Assembly: GCA_964016885.1 (NCBI GenBank)
Contig: OZ024741.1
Coordinates: 313,100,001 to 313,164,000 of the forward strand
Source: Eledone cirrhosa
Taxonomy: Eukaryota
Direction of reading: 5' to 3'
Length of the DNA stretch: 64,000 nucleotides
The position numbers were made by a program, and so were the translations under genes. The notes beneath the pieces were generated by a model. It did not search any database. It worked only from the letters and a program-made list of their open reading frames with translations, and was not told where the DNA came from. Numbering within the stretch: position 1 is the first letter of the stretch; the number at the start of each line of letters is the position of its first letter. Of the stretch, positions 44,916-58,695 are shown one piece after another.

Positions 44916-44990
<75 letters not shown>

Positions 44991-45160
44991 ATGTATATAT
45001 ATATATATATATATTGAGTCCAGAATAAGCCGTCGAAACGGCTTGAGCTCTGCCGTCGGGATCATACGTGTTCCTATTACCCACTCTACTACTCTAAGTA
45101 TTGAGTACTTTGGTGCGTTATGGTCCATCTGGTACCTTACCACATTTCCTTCGTTATATA

Positions 45161-45257
<97 letters not shown>

Positions 45258-45567
45258 AAACATCGAGCAAGTTTGAAATTGGAAAATAGGAGTTTCCATC
45301 GTATTTTTTTACTAAAGAAATTTTAGTCAGATAGTGGGGTTTAGAACCCTCAGAGAAAAGATGTGGGTTCGACTCCCATGTACGTCAACACTTAACTTTT
45401 TCCATTTCTCTGAGGCTTCTAAACACCAGTATCAGGCTAATATTTCTTTAGTCAAAAAATAAGGTGAAAGCTTCTATTTTCTAATTTCAAACTTGGCCGC
45501 TGCTTCAAAACATACTTACTTGCCATCATACTTGCTAAGAATGTAGCTTCTAATTTGAATGAAGGGT

Positions 45568-45638
45568 GATGTGTTAGTGTAATGGTAGCACAGTGGTCTG
45601 GATAACCAAAGATGTGGGATCGACTCCTATGTACGTCA
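45568..45638 (+). ncRNA. tRNA-like cloverleaf inside a tandem/inverted repeat (not a bona fide tRNA gene)
   Basis: Acceptor GATGTGT/GTACGTC, D arm GTGT-AATGGTA-GCAC, anticodon arm TGGT-CTGGATA-ACCA, T arm (GTGGG-TTCGACT-CCCAT in the copy at ~45363); T6 tract at 45648. Confidence 0.65.
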
Positions 45639-46045
45639 ATACTCATCTTTTTTCCATTTCTCTCAGGGTTCTAAACCCCTCTATCAGGCTAACATTTCTT
45701 TAGTAAAAAAATACGGTGACATATATATATATGTATGTTTGTCTTTATTTAAATGTAAGAATGTCGCAATTACATATCGTAGTAACTGGTAGAATATGGT
45801 AATATTTGGAAGGATTACAATATGTTATTTTTTTTATAATATTGTTTGTTTCTTTCATAATGTTTTTATTATTGCATTTCACTGAACTAAAAATTCATGT
45901 ATATTTTATAAAGAATCGATATAATATTTAATAAATATACACGTTCATTTGTTCATCACAAGAACACTTTAATCTGAAAATGTTGTATACAATTGTATCA
46001 TTTATATCTGTAATTAATTAATGATATCTTCAACATTATCATATA

Positions 46046-46533
46046 CTAGCAGAAAAATCACCCCTCGGGTGGTTTTATGCTAGCATATGTAGTGTGTATA
46101 TTGATATTATACGCAGGTATATATATATATGTAGATATGATATATCAAATAAAATTGTAATTGACAATATATAATACATAGAAATTGTACGAAGACTGCG
46201 TTACTCTGTCTTATGTAATCAGTAACGTAATCCATGATACATTTTAAAAAGACGATATTATATGTAAACTGCATTAGGAGAAAATTAATGACGGAAAATG
46301 ACTATGTTTATTTAAGCGATCGCCACCAGTTGTGTTGACATTTCAGAAATTATAGAGAAGTGAATCTTTAAAAAAAAAAACTATATTTAATGAACAGCCA
46401 CGAAATTTAGTACATAAGTTGTAATATTCATTCATAATTTGTTCAATGTAATCCAACTTATTTTACAAACGGGATAAACAAAAAAAAATAAACCGTACGC
46501 AATCCCGCAGACCTTCCTTTATTATAGTTTAGA
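46046..46533 (-). mobile_element. Non-autonomous Helitron-like insertion
   Basis: On the - strand starts TC(taaactataataaa), ends hairpin+CTAG, inserted at A|T with no TSD; empty site reconstructed from the paralog at 50804-50829; related sequence from ~27350. Confidence 0.75.
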
Positions 46534-46548
46534 TATCGATATTTTTAG

Positions 46549-46683
46549 AATGCCGAATAGGAAAGTTTGTTGTTGGTTGTAATGGGAGATGCCATTTTAT
46601 CAACAATATGAACTGTGACAAGCGAAAAGGAACATTCTCAGATCGATGTTCTGCAGGCTATATTGGTGACAATTGCCAAGAAG
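46549..46683 (+). CDS. Divergent EGF-like repeat exon (2 of 8 Cys replaced by Phe); functional or pseudo-exon
   Basis: tttttag acceptor, 135 nt open frame, AAG|GTATCT donor; ECRIGKFVVGCNGRCHFINNMNCDKRKGTFSDRCSAGYIGDNCQE; this frame is not in the ORF track. Confidence 0.65.
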
Positions 46684-47014
46684 GTATCTCATAAAATACT
46701 TTCGTACTTACTATACACAAACACACAAACACACACACACACACGCGCATACACACTACCACACGCTTATATGTATATATATTTGTTTGTGCATGTGCGT
46801 GTGTGTGTGTATGGAGGGGTCTGAGTGTATATGTTGTGTATGTGTAAATATGATGTTTAATACAGAAATCGTTGATACTGAACTAGAATAGTTCCATCCA
46901 AAGAAATCATCAGTAAACGGCTCTGCTGATGATTAACTTTGAATCAAATATTTCTAGTACTGTAGAAGCTATGTCTATATCAAACGTGATATTTACACGC
47001 TATAATTATTTATT

Positions 47015-47197
47015 ATGGCAGTATTGGTAGAGCGTTAGACACATTGCTTTACAGCATAGGGATATGGCCTTTTACTGTCTGAGTTCAGATCCCACCGAGG
47101 TTAACGTTGATTTCCTCCTTACGGGGTCGATAAACTAAAGTACCAGTAATGCTCTGGGATAATTGCTGGCCTTGTGGCAAAAGTTGAACAATTATTA
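47015..47197 (+). mobile_element. SINE, same family
   Basis: Same core; absent from paralogous intron copies at ~16370, 51310 and 60360. Confidence 0.8.
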
Positions 47198-47289
47198 TAC
47201 CTAAACATATCGCATATTATGAGATATCCAAACTACACATGCTTATATGTATAAAGCTGTGTTAGAACCAGCATTTTAAATGTCTCTCT

Positions 47290-47880
<591 letters not shown>

Positions 47881-48761
47881 TAAATACACGATTATATAAA
47901 TACCGTATGTGCCGGTATTAAAGTTGATCCGCTGCATATGTCGACCCATCAAATTCTGAGGTGTAATTCAGATTTAGGCCTATGTAAGCTCGATGAGATA
48001 ACACCCCAGGTATAAGGCATTACCATCTTCATAGCCGTAGATATGCTTGCCGTTGTTTATTTGCATGGAATATAAAACATGGAAATAAACACTAAATAGT
48101 TGTAAAATAAAAATGCATGTAAAAAAAATACAATTTCCAAATTTATTTTACAGTTAACAAAATGATTTAACTGAACTGTTTTATTAGTAAGCAACATGCT
48201 ACCACACGATGACTTAATATGCGGTAATTTTAAAAACCTACATATTCCTAATCCGCTGTGAATCAACGTTACATGCCGATATATATTTACTTTCGTCCTC
48301 TTTCGTTTCGTGGGGAAATTACAGCAGATTTTCCGATAGATTAGATAATTTAGTGAATCAGTATACCATTAATATTATAACTGTAATATTAATACTATGG
48401 ATTTTCACCCATAAACACGATACCAGCCTGGAGTACACCTGAACTTCAACCAGGAAATCTTTCGTATCATTGGAATTATCTTCGCTTCTTGCATTTAAAT
48501 ATTCGACGACTCTCTACCACTGTTCCTCTGCTACAATCTTCTTACACCACCACCTTCTTCTCAGCCGTCTGATTTCGATCCCCACACTAGTATTTACCAA
48601 TTCCAACCCACCCGTCCCCTAAATCTATCTTATGTCTCATTCTTTCTTCTGGTGAAGGACTAGTGTTTGAAAAGTGAGGGCCCTCTTCCTGCTATATCAA
48701 GCGTTAACCTAATATATGCCTTCCATACAGTGTACCGATTGTGTTCTTATTTCTGTTTAAC

Positions 48762-48868
<107 letters not shown>

Positions 48869-48889
48869 AATATCTTTGCTCTTAAATAT

Positions 48890-49447
48890 AGGAAAGATTG
48901 GGAGGCAAAGATTGGGAATACGGAAGATGATGTGGTTGAGAGGAAGACCAAGGCATGGGCGGCGTGCCACAGCTTGAAAATCCGTGCCACAGCCTAAAAT
49001 CCGCCTCTTCATTGCTGTAGTGGAGTCTGTGCTGCTGTATGGGTCTGAGACTTGGACACTGACCAAGAAACTCACTCAGATGGTGGATGGGTGCTACACG
49101 AGAATGCTGAGGATGGCTCTGAACATTAATCAGTATACACTGAGGATGAAAAACTCAGAGCTGTATGGGAGCATCCAAAAAGTCAGCTCAAAAGTGACAC
49201 AGAGGACACTGAGGTTAGTTGTACATGCTCACCGACATCCAGAGTTGACATTGCACTCAGTGCTCCTGTGGGAGCCCCTACATGGACACACTAGAAGAGG
49301 AAGACCAAGGTTAACGTATGTTGATGCCCTAAGGACAGACACTGGTCTGTTGGAGACGCAGCACATGGCAGCGATAATGAGGGACAGAGACCGCTGGAGA
49401 GAACTCGTCCATGGATCTCGCGAATTTTACCCGCCTTAGAATAGAAT
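48890..49447 (+). mobile_element. Short 3' fragment of the same RTE-type LINE
   Basis: Near-identical to ~61278-61828. Confidence 0.88.
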
Positions 49448-49562
49448 ATATAAATATATGTGTGTGTTTGTATGTATAGGTCTATGCAGGTACGTATGTA
49501 TGTGTGTGTTTGTGTGTGTGTATGTAGGCATTTATATATATGCAGTAAATATTATATATATA

Positions 49563-50414
49563 CGAGGTGTGTCAGAACAGTTCCAGGACTGATGTCACAA
49601 AAGATGTAGATCAAAACCAAACTTCACATTAAGAGTTTTCTCCTTCAAAGTAATCCCCCTGGAGTCTAATGCACTTTTCCCTCCTTTTCTGCCACGCTTG
49701 CATGCACTCCTGGAAAGATTTTTCCAGGATCCTCCGCAGTTCCGTCGTCATGGCCTTTTAGATGTCGTCCACGTCTTCAAAACGGGTCCCCTGCGGGTTG
49801 TACTCGAAAATCCATGAGTGTCCCTAGCAAGTCTGTTCCGGTTTCAAGACGCTCGAGGATGTCCTGGCACACTTCCATGCGGCGTCGACCCTTCTGGTCA
49901 TCGTTCATCTGTTTTGGCACCATCTTCGCGCAGACTTTCCGCATATCCAAATCTTCAGTGAGAATCTTCCAGACGCTGTCCCGATTCATGCCCAGCTCAT
50001 TTGCCATCAGTCGAACAGTTAGCCGACGATCGCTACGGACCATCTGCCTGACGCGCTCAACGTTTACCGCAGTCCTGGTTGTTGAGGGCCTTCAGCTCCT
50101 AGGGTCATCTTGCACCACTCAAAAACACGTGAACGTGACATAGTATAACTTCATACACTTGCTGCAGCGGAGCTTTCCCAAACCATACCAGAAACTTCAA
50201 GTTTGTTCGTTGCTCTGTGCTCATTTGGTTGATGACCTGAAACAGAGGACATGGATATGAAATTATGAAGAAGAATTTTGATCGCTGCAGAGAGCTAAGA
50301 TTACAGTTACATACTCCGGGGGATTACTTTGAAGGAGAACACTCTCAGTGTGAAGTTTGGATTTGAAATAAATCTTTTGTGACATCAGTTCTGGAACTTT
50401 CCTGACACACCTCG
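49563..50414 (-). mobile_element. Internally deleted mariner element
   Basis: TA-flanked ~100-bp TIRs cgaggtgtgtcag../..ctgacacacctcg; HTH DRRLTVR..MRKVCAKMVPK. Confidence 0.9.
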
Positions 50415-50739
50415 TATATATATGTGTGTGTGTTTATTTAAATGTAATAATGTCGCAAATGCATATCGTAGTAACTGGTAGAATATGGTAAGATTTGGAA
50501 GGATTATATAAGTTATATATCTCATATTATTTTTTGTTCCTTTCATAATGTTTTTAACATTGCATTTAACTGAAATAAAAATCCATGTATATTTTATAGA
50601 GGATCGATATAATATTCAATGAATATACACATTCATTTGTTTATCATAAGACCACTTTCATCTAAAAATATTGTATAAAATGGTATCATTTATATCTGTA
50701 TTTAATTAATGATATCTTCAACATTATCATATATATGGA

Positions 50740-50803
50740 GTATATATATAAAGTACCAGTAATGCACTGGGTAGTTGCTGGCCTTGTGCCTAACGTAGAA
50801 ACA
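50740..50803 (+). mobile_element. 5'-truncated SINE with 17-bp target-site duplication
   Basis: SINE 3' end flanked by attatcatatatatgga at 50723-50739 and 50804-50820. Confidence 0.8.
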
Positions 50804-50829
50804 ATTATCATATATATGGATATTTTTAG

Positions 50830-50964
50830 AATGCCGAGCAGGAACGTTTGGTGTTGCTTGTAATGGGACATGCCATTGTATCAAGAACATGCACTGTGAC
50901 CAGCGATATGGAACATGTTCAAATGGATGTTCTGCAGGTTATATTGGTGACAATTGCCAACAAC
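50830..50964 (+). CDS. EGF-like repeat exon, phase 1-1
   Basis: tttttag acceptor, 135 nt, weaker AAC|GTATAT donor; ECRAGTFGVACNGTCHCIKNMHCDQRYGTCSNGCSAGYIGDNCQQ. Confidence 0.8.
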
Positions 50965-51426
50965 GTATATCTTAAACTTGTTACACATTTACTATATACA
51001 CACACACACATACACACATACACACATACACACATACACACATACACCCGCGCGCATACGCACATACATGCTCACACGCACACACATATATATATAATTG
51101 TGTGCGCATGTTCGTGTGTGTCTGAGTGTATATGTGTGTGTGTAAATATGATGTTTAATATAGAAATCTCCTCTACTGGACTAGAAAAATGTCATCCAAA
51201 GAAATCATGAGTAAACGGCTTTCCTGATGATTACTTTTGAATGAAATAGTTCTGGTACTGTAGAAGCTATGTCCATATTAAACGTGATATTTAAACCGTA
51301 TACTTATTTATTAATATTACACCGAGGCTTATCGCATATTGCTAGATATACAAACTACACATACTCATATGTATAAAGCTATGTTAGAACAAGCATTTTC
51401 ATTATCTCTGTCTCTCTCTCTCTCCC

Positions 51427-51461
<35 letters not shown>

Positions 51462-51465
51462 ATAA

Positions 51466-53770
51466 AGAATTAATATCTAGTAACATATATATACATACAG
51501 ATGCATATCAATGGTAGCAAATATATAGGTTGTGTCTTAGTAACTTTGTGGTTCAATGCATGGGGTTGAAGAACAATAATATAAGAGACGTAAAATAAGA
51601 AAACTATAAAATTAACTTACTTACTAAAATTTCACTCCCAACTAATTAGTTTCTGAAATGGAATAAATTTACTTTCCGAAGAAAATATTGAGAAGCATTT
51701 CGTCGTCAGGGAAGTCAATTCTCAGCTAAGTATCCAGGCAAAAGCGTGGACTCTGGAAACTTATACAAAAATAATTCAGTGGATAGAAAATAGCAAAGCG
51801 TGGACTGAATACCTAGCCATTGAGAACATCACAGCCTACTGCGTCGGTGGCAAATTCAAAAAGAATCAATCACGTGACATCGAGGTCAATCAGTGGAAAG
51901 TGGTTTGTTAAGAAGGCAGCGGCCTGCCTGCTACCATAGCAGCAGTCTTGGCCAATATTGCTCGACAAATAATTTGGAGAATTAATATCTAGTAACATAT
52001 ATATACATACAGATGCATATCAATGCTAGCAAATATATAGGTTTTGTCTTAGTAACTTTGTGGTTCAATGCATGGGGTTGCAGAACAATAATATGAGAGA
52101 CGTAAAATAAGAAAACTATAAAATTAACTTACTTACTAAAATTTCACTCCCAACTAATTAGTTTTGAAATGGAATAAATATACTTTCCGAAGAAAATATT
52201 GAGAAGCATTTCGTCGTCAGGGAAGTATATTCTCAGCTAGTAGGCACTGCCTTCTTGTTCGGTGGTAAATTCAAAAGAATCAATCACGTGACATCGAAGT
52301 TAATCAGTGAGGAGCGGCGTGTTAAAAAGACAGTAGCCAAGCTGTTACTATGAACTATAGTAGTAATTTTATCAAATTTTTGCTCAACAAAATAATTTGG
52401 AGATAATTATAAAGAATTAGTATATCTACCAACATATATATATATACAGATGTATACCCATGCAAGCAAATATATAGGTTTTCTCTTAGTAATTTTGTGG
52501 TTCAATGCAAGAGGATGCAGAACAATTATATGAAAAACGTAAAATAAGCGAGGTTAACTTCGCCTTTCATCCTTACGGGGTCGATAAAATAAAGTACCAG
52601 TAATGTACTGGGTAATGACTGGCCTTGTGTCAAAAGTAGAAACATTTATATTAATTACCTTACTTACCTGCATCACCTTGCATTGAACCACAAAGTTACT
52701 AAGACAAAACCTATATATTTGCATGCATGGGTATACATCTGTGTATATATATGTTGGTAGATATACTAATTCTTTTTTATTATTTTCAAATATTTTGTTG
52801 AGCAAAAATTTGCACAAATTACTACTATAGTTCATAGTAACAGCTTGGCTACTGTCTTTTTAAAACCCACTCCTCACTGATTATCCTCGATGTCACGTGA
52901 TTGATTCTTTTGAATTTGCCACCGAACAAGAAGGCAGTGAACCTTTCAGTGTGCCGGAATTTAGTCCCCGCTTGCTCTTTTCCATCCACTGAATATGTTT
53001 GTATAAGTGCCCTGTGTCCACGCATTGCCAGGTATCTTAGGTGAGAATGACTCTCTGGTGACGAACAGGTTTCTCCATGCTCTCTATGTATAGTCCCGTT
53101 CAGAAACTAATTAGTTCACGTAAGTAAGCTAATTAATATAATTTTTATATTTTACATTTGTCATATAATTGTTCTGCATCCCTTCCATTGAACCACTAAG
53201 TTACTAAAACAAAACCTATATATATATGCTTGCATAGGTATACATCTGTATATATATGTTGGTAGATATACTAATTCTTCATAATTATCACCAAAATTAT
53301 TTTGTTCAGCAAAAATTTGCAAATATTACTATTATTGTACATAGTAACAGCTTGGCTACTGTCTTTTTAACACCACACTCCTCACTGATTAACCTCGATG
53401 TCACGTGATTGATTCTTTTGAATTTGCCACCGAACAAGAAGGCATTGATTTTTTCAGTGTCCTGGAATTTAGTCCCCGCTTGCTCTTTTCCATCAACTGA
53501 ATATTTGTGTATAAGTTCCCTGTGTCCACGCATTGCCAGGTATCTTAGGTGAGAATGACTCCCTGATGACGAAAAGGTTTCTCCATGCTCTCCATCTATA
53601 TTCCCTTTCAGAAACTAATTAGTTTGAGTGAAATTTAAGTAAGTAAGCTAATTAATATAATTTTCTTATTTTACGTTTTTCATATAATGTTCTGCATCCC
53701 TATATATTGTTCTGCATCCCATATAATGTTCTGCAACCTATATATTTGCTTGCATGGGTATACATCTCTA
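51466..53770. repeat. ~510-530-bp units, tandem on + (51466-52550) and inverted tandem on - (52670-53770)
   Basis: gaattaatatctagtaacat repeats at 51467 and 51979; reverse-complement copies follow the central SINE. Confidence 0.85.
52549..52645 (+). mobile_element. Partial SINE, same family
   Basis: cgaggttaacttcgcctttcatccttacggggtcgataaaataaagtaccag. Confidence 0.75.
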
Positions 53771-53783
53771 TATATATATGTTT

Positions 53784-53864
<81 letters not shown>

Positions 53865-53867
<3 letters not shown>

Positions 53868-56345
53868 ATACTTTAGGAGGGTCATGTTGCCAATAAGAAA
53901 CACACGCTCCAATTGCTTCCACTTCAATTTATGATAATAAATTTATAAATTTAGGAATTAATAAATTTACGGTTGGTTGGTTGGTTCCACAACCAGATGG
54001 TTGTTTATATATTGTCAAAGTTCTTTCGTCACACATTATGTGACCTCTTCAGCGACTGGGTATTTTTCCTATGTTTTTCTGCCTCTCCTTTGTTCTGTCC
54101 TACGCCATCTTGTTTCTGTGTGTGTGTTGTGTGCTCAGTCTGCGCATGCGCCACGTCCGAGTGTCTGTGTGTGTTCATATTCGTTTATTTATTTGTTTAT
54201 TTACATGTTACAGGTTGGTTGTTTGTTCTATGTGTGTGTGTATTTTCATTTTGTCCTTAATTGTAAGTTGTGATGTTGCTGTTCCACTCATGTTTTCTAT
54301 TTAATTTTGGTTGTAATTCTTTTATGTTTATTGCCTCGGTGATTTGTCTAAACATTGCGTCTTTTCTGTGTGTAGATTCTATTTTTATTTCTAAGTCCTC
54401 TAATTTACCCTTATGTTCTATTTTAGCATGTTGGTAGAGTCCAGATGATTATTTACTATCTTGAAGGTCTCGCCAGTCTCATTTATCCGTTCCCCTACAC
54501 TACGAGCTGTCTCACTTATGTACACTATATGTTTGTCTCTACATTATCCTTCGGTACATCTTATGCTATATACTACATTTCTAGTTTTACAGTTAATATG
54601 GGGGCTTAATTTACAGGTTATACATTTCTTATCTATACAGGGGGGTCTTTGAAAAGGGTATGTCTTGCTAATAAGTGTTTTATGGAGGTACCTGGTCTTT
54701 CTACTATCTTAATATTGAGTTTATGTTTATCTAGGGCCCTTCTATATTTGTAAGCTAATTCACCTCTAGGGGTTGTATCGATGAACATTACACTCTGGTA
54801 TTTATTGCTATCATACCATGAGTTTATTATATTAGCCTTATTCCTAGTTATTTCTATTCTATTCCACAATTTGCTCCTATACAAGGGGCAGGTCCATTTG
54901 TGTAATTATTTACCATTTTTTCCCATTTGGTTCTGGCTCCTCTATACACTCTGATTTTATCTCTCTGATTGTAACCAGAGAACTGCATACGGTGGATGAA
55001 GTGTTGTATGTGTCTCTCTAGTTCTTCGGAGTTGCACATGCGGGACACGTTTCTCATCACCCGTACCAAATCCGCAATCAGTATGTTGATTTTGGTATGG
55101 TCCGAAACAGCTGAGTTGCGGTGGATCAGATATTTGGAAGTTATGGGTTCGGCATAATGGGAATGGAGGATTTGTCTTTTGTTATTAAGGTTATCTAACC
55201 AGAGCTCTGTGTCTAGTACAGGTAATCGATGGTTGGGGTGTTTGCTTGGGTAGTCTATAGTAATTCTAATACTCTGGTGGATGGAGTTAGCTATTTGCTG
55301 GATGCTTTCCATTGTGTTTTTCTCTAATTCCTGACTGTTCTCTAGTGGGGGTGTTTTAACAACGATGTCTATATCATCAACGTAGCGGGAGTACATTATC
55401 AGGGTTAAGGGGTCTTCTAATTGTTCTTTAAGTTTAAGTTTAACTCTACTGTCCCACCATACCATGAATAAGTTAGCTATGTCGCCTGCAATGCTAACAC
55501 CAATGGCTGCTCCCTCCTCTTGGGCATATGTTTTTCCATTAAATATGAACATATGTTCCTTAAGCGTTAATTTTATGCTGGCCCCCACCGCATGTGCAAT
55601 CATTTTCTTTAATTCATCGTGGTTTTCGGGGGTCCGTATGGCTCTGGTCCACCCGTTCCATCTATATGTGTGGGTTTTCTTTGCCATTGAGGTAATGGTA
55701 GGTGGTCTGCCTCTTGCTGGTCTTGTAGGGCACAGGTTGCTAAGGTCATATGTGTCTAGATAATTATTACTATAGGTAAGTTTAAGTAGGATTCCCAGCT
55801 CACTGGTATCAATCCCACGGAACACAACATTACTCTCACTGATCATTTCTACGCATTTCTCCACAGCAAAATCCACGTCAATAGATGTAGACAGGGACAC
55901 GACATCCATACTACCTTTTATGCAGTTTGTTAGGTCCCTAGATCGGTTACTCTCGCCGATTTTGCTGAGGAGGTCCTCCGTGCTTTCACATACATCTGGG
56001 GACATTTCAATGATGGGGCGTATGAGCAGTGAGAGGAAGTAGGACAGTCTGTAGTTACTAGCAATGTTAGCTCCACAGACTGGCCGTGTTGGTGGTCCCG
56101 TGACAGGGTCACTGCCCGTTTTATGGTCTTTTCGAAGCCCATACAACGTTGGCACGTCATTGTTCCAGGCCTGGAAGTTGTTGGCAGTCCTTTTTTGGGG
56201 CTGCATTATATTTGTCCACATCAACATATGGGCACTGAGGGCATTTTCTCTATCCTCCTGTTCTTGTGGTGTTACTTCTCTTGTGTTAGTGATGTGGGGT
56301 TGCATTGCCTTAATGTAGTTTGGCAGACTGTCAACCGACATTCTG
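53865..56345 (-). mobile_element. Penelope-like element, 5'-truncated, 495-aa RT ORF + GIY-YIG + pLTR
   Basis: LYGLRKDHK..RPVCGA, GSMDVVSL, QEEGAAIG..IANLFM, YSRYVDD; frameshifts near 54890 and 54640. Confidence 0.9.
54014..54056 (-). ncRNA. Hammerhead motif in a PLE pseudo-LTR (mutated copies at 57393-57435 + and 17818-17860 -)
   Basis: Reverse complement: gtcg-CTGAAGA-g-GTCACataatgtGTGAC-GAAA-gaac-TT-tgac. Confidence 0.7.
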
Positions 56346-56351
56346 CCAGAC

Positions 56352-57645
56352 TTCCAAAATCAACATACTGATTGCGGATTTGGTACGGGTGATGAGAAAC
56401 GTGTCCCGCATGTGCAACCCAGAAGAACTAGAGAGACCCATACAACACTTCATCCACAGTATGCAGTTCTCTGGTTACAATCAGAGAGATAAAATCAGAG
56501 TGTATAGAGGAGCCAGACCCAAATTGGAAAAAATGTTAAATAATGACACACATGGGACATGCCCCTTGTATAGGAGCAAATTTTGGAATAGAATAGAAAG
56601 AACTAGGAATAAGGTTAATAGAATAAACTCATGGTATGATAGCAATAAATACCAGAGTGTAATGTCCATCGATACAACCCCTAGAGGTGAATTAGCTTAC
56701 ACATTTAGAAGGGCCCTAGATAAACATAAACTCAACATTAAGATAGTAGAAAGACCAGGTACCTCCATAAATACTTATTAGCAAGACATACTCTTTTCAA
56801 AGACCCCCCTGTATAGACAAGAAATGTATAACCTGTAAATTAAGCCCCCATATTAACTGTAAAACTAGAAATGTAGTATATAGCATAAGATGTACTGAAG
56901 GACAATGTAGAGACAAAAATATAGTGTACATAGGTGAGACAGCTCGTATTGTAGGTGAACGGATAAATGAAGACTGGCGAGACCTTAATGATAGTAAATA
57001 ATCATCTGCACTCTACCAACATGCTAAAATGGAACATAAGGGTAAATTAGAGGACATATAAATAAAAATAGAATCTACACACAGAAAAGACGCAATGTTT
57101 AGACAAATCACAGAGGCAATAAACAAAATAATTACAACCAAAATTAAATAGAAAACATGAGTGGAACAGCAACATCACAACTTACAATTAAGGACAAAAT
57201 GAAAACACACACGCACATAGAACAAACAACCAACCTGTAACATGTAAATAAACAAATAAATAAACGAATATAAACACACACAGACACCCGAATGTGGCGC
57301 ATGCGCAGACTGAGCACACAACACACACACAGAAACAAGATGGCGTAGGACAGAACAAAGGAGAGGCACAAAAACAAAGAAAAGAATCTCTAGTCACTGA
57401 ATAGGTCACATAATGTGTGACGAAAGAATTTTGACAATATATAAACAACCTTCTGGTTGTGGAACCAACCAACCAACCGGAAATTTATAAATTCCTAAAT
57501 TCATAAATGTATTATAATAAATTGAAGTGGAAGCAACTGGTGCGTGTGTTTCTTATTGGCAACACGACCCTCCCAAAGTATACTAATATGAGTTTCAACA
57601 CACGTTTTCAGATAAAGAAACTTGCTAAACAAATTCAGAAACGAA
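56352..57645 (+). mobile_element. Inverted 3' copy of the same PLE
   Basis: Reverse complement of ~53870-55095; CIDKKCITC..NCKTRNVVYSIRC..VYIGETAR. Confidence 0.9.
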
Positions 57646-57695
<50 letters not shown>

Positions 57696-58414
57696 GCCGG
57701 TATAAAGTTGTTCTGCTGCATAGGTCGACTTGTCAATTTCTGATTCATGATTCAGGTTTAGGCCTATGTACGCCTGATGAGATAACACCCCTAATATAAG
57801 GCATTACCATCTTCACAGCCGTAGAGAAGCTTGCCGTTGTTTATTTGCATGGAATGTAAAACATGGGAATAAACACTAAATGTATAAAAAATACAATTTT
57901 CAAATTTATTTTACAGTTAACAAAATGATTTAATTGAACTGTGTTATTAGGTAAACAACATGCTACCAAGCCAGGACTTAATACGCGGTAATTTTAAAAA
58001 CCTACATATTCATAATCCGCTGTGTATCAGCATTAAATGCCGATATATATTTACTTTCGGCCTGCTTTCTTTCGTGGGGAAATTACAGCAGATTTTCCGA
58101 TGGTTTAGATAATTCAGTGAATCAGAATACCTTTAATATTATAACTGTAATATTAATACTATGGATTTTCACCCCTAAACTGAATATCAACCTGGAGTAC
58201 ACCTGAACTTCCACCAGGAAATCTTTCGTATCATTGAAATTATTGTTGCTTCTTGCATTTAAAATATTCCACGACTCTGTAACACTTTTCCTTTACTACA
58301 ATCTTCTTACACCACCACCTACTTCTCCACCGTCTAATTTCGATTTCACACTAGTACATTTCCAATTCCAACCCTCCCGTCTCCTCAATCTATCTTATGT
58401 CTCATTCTTTTTAT

Positions 58415-58450
58415 CTGATGAAGGACTAGCGTCCGAAAGGGAAGACCCTC
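58415..58450 (+). ncRNA. Hammerhead core in a PLE pLTR fragment (related at 28424-28462 - and ~48648-48685 +)
   Basis: CTGATGA-a-GGACtagcGTCC-GAAA-GGGaagaCCC-TC; stem I not evident. Confidence 0.5.
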
Positions 58451-58558
58451 TTCCTGCTATATCAGTGTTAACCTAATATATCCCTTCCATACAGTGTACC
58501 GATTGTGTTCTTATTTCTGTTTACCCTTTACATACCCCCCCCCCACACACACACACGT

Positions 58559-58589
<31 letters not shown>

Positions 58590-58695
58590 AATATATGTGT
58601 GTGTGTGTGTATATGTATCTATGTATGTACGTATTTAAGTATGTGTGTGTGTATGTAGGCATTTATATATATGCAGTAAATATTATATATATATA

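Noticed and set aside
45568-45638. Functional tRNA gene
   Set aside because: T-loop mutated in this copy, several G-U pairs, atypical anticodon loop, embedded in a repeat
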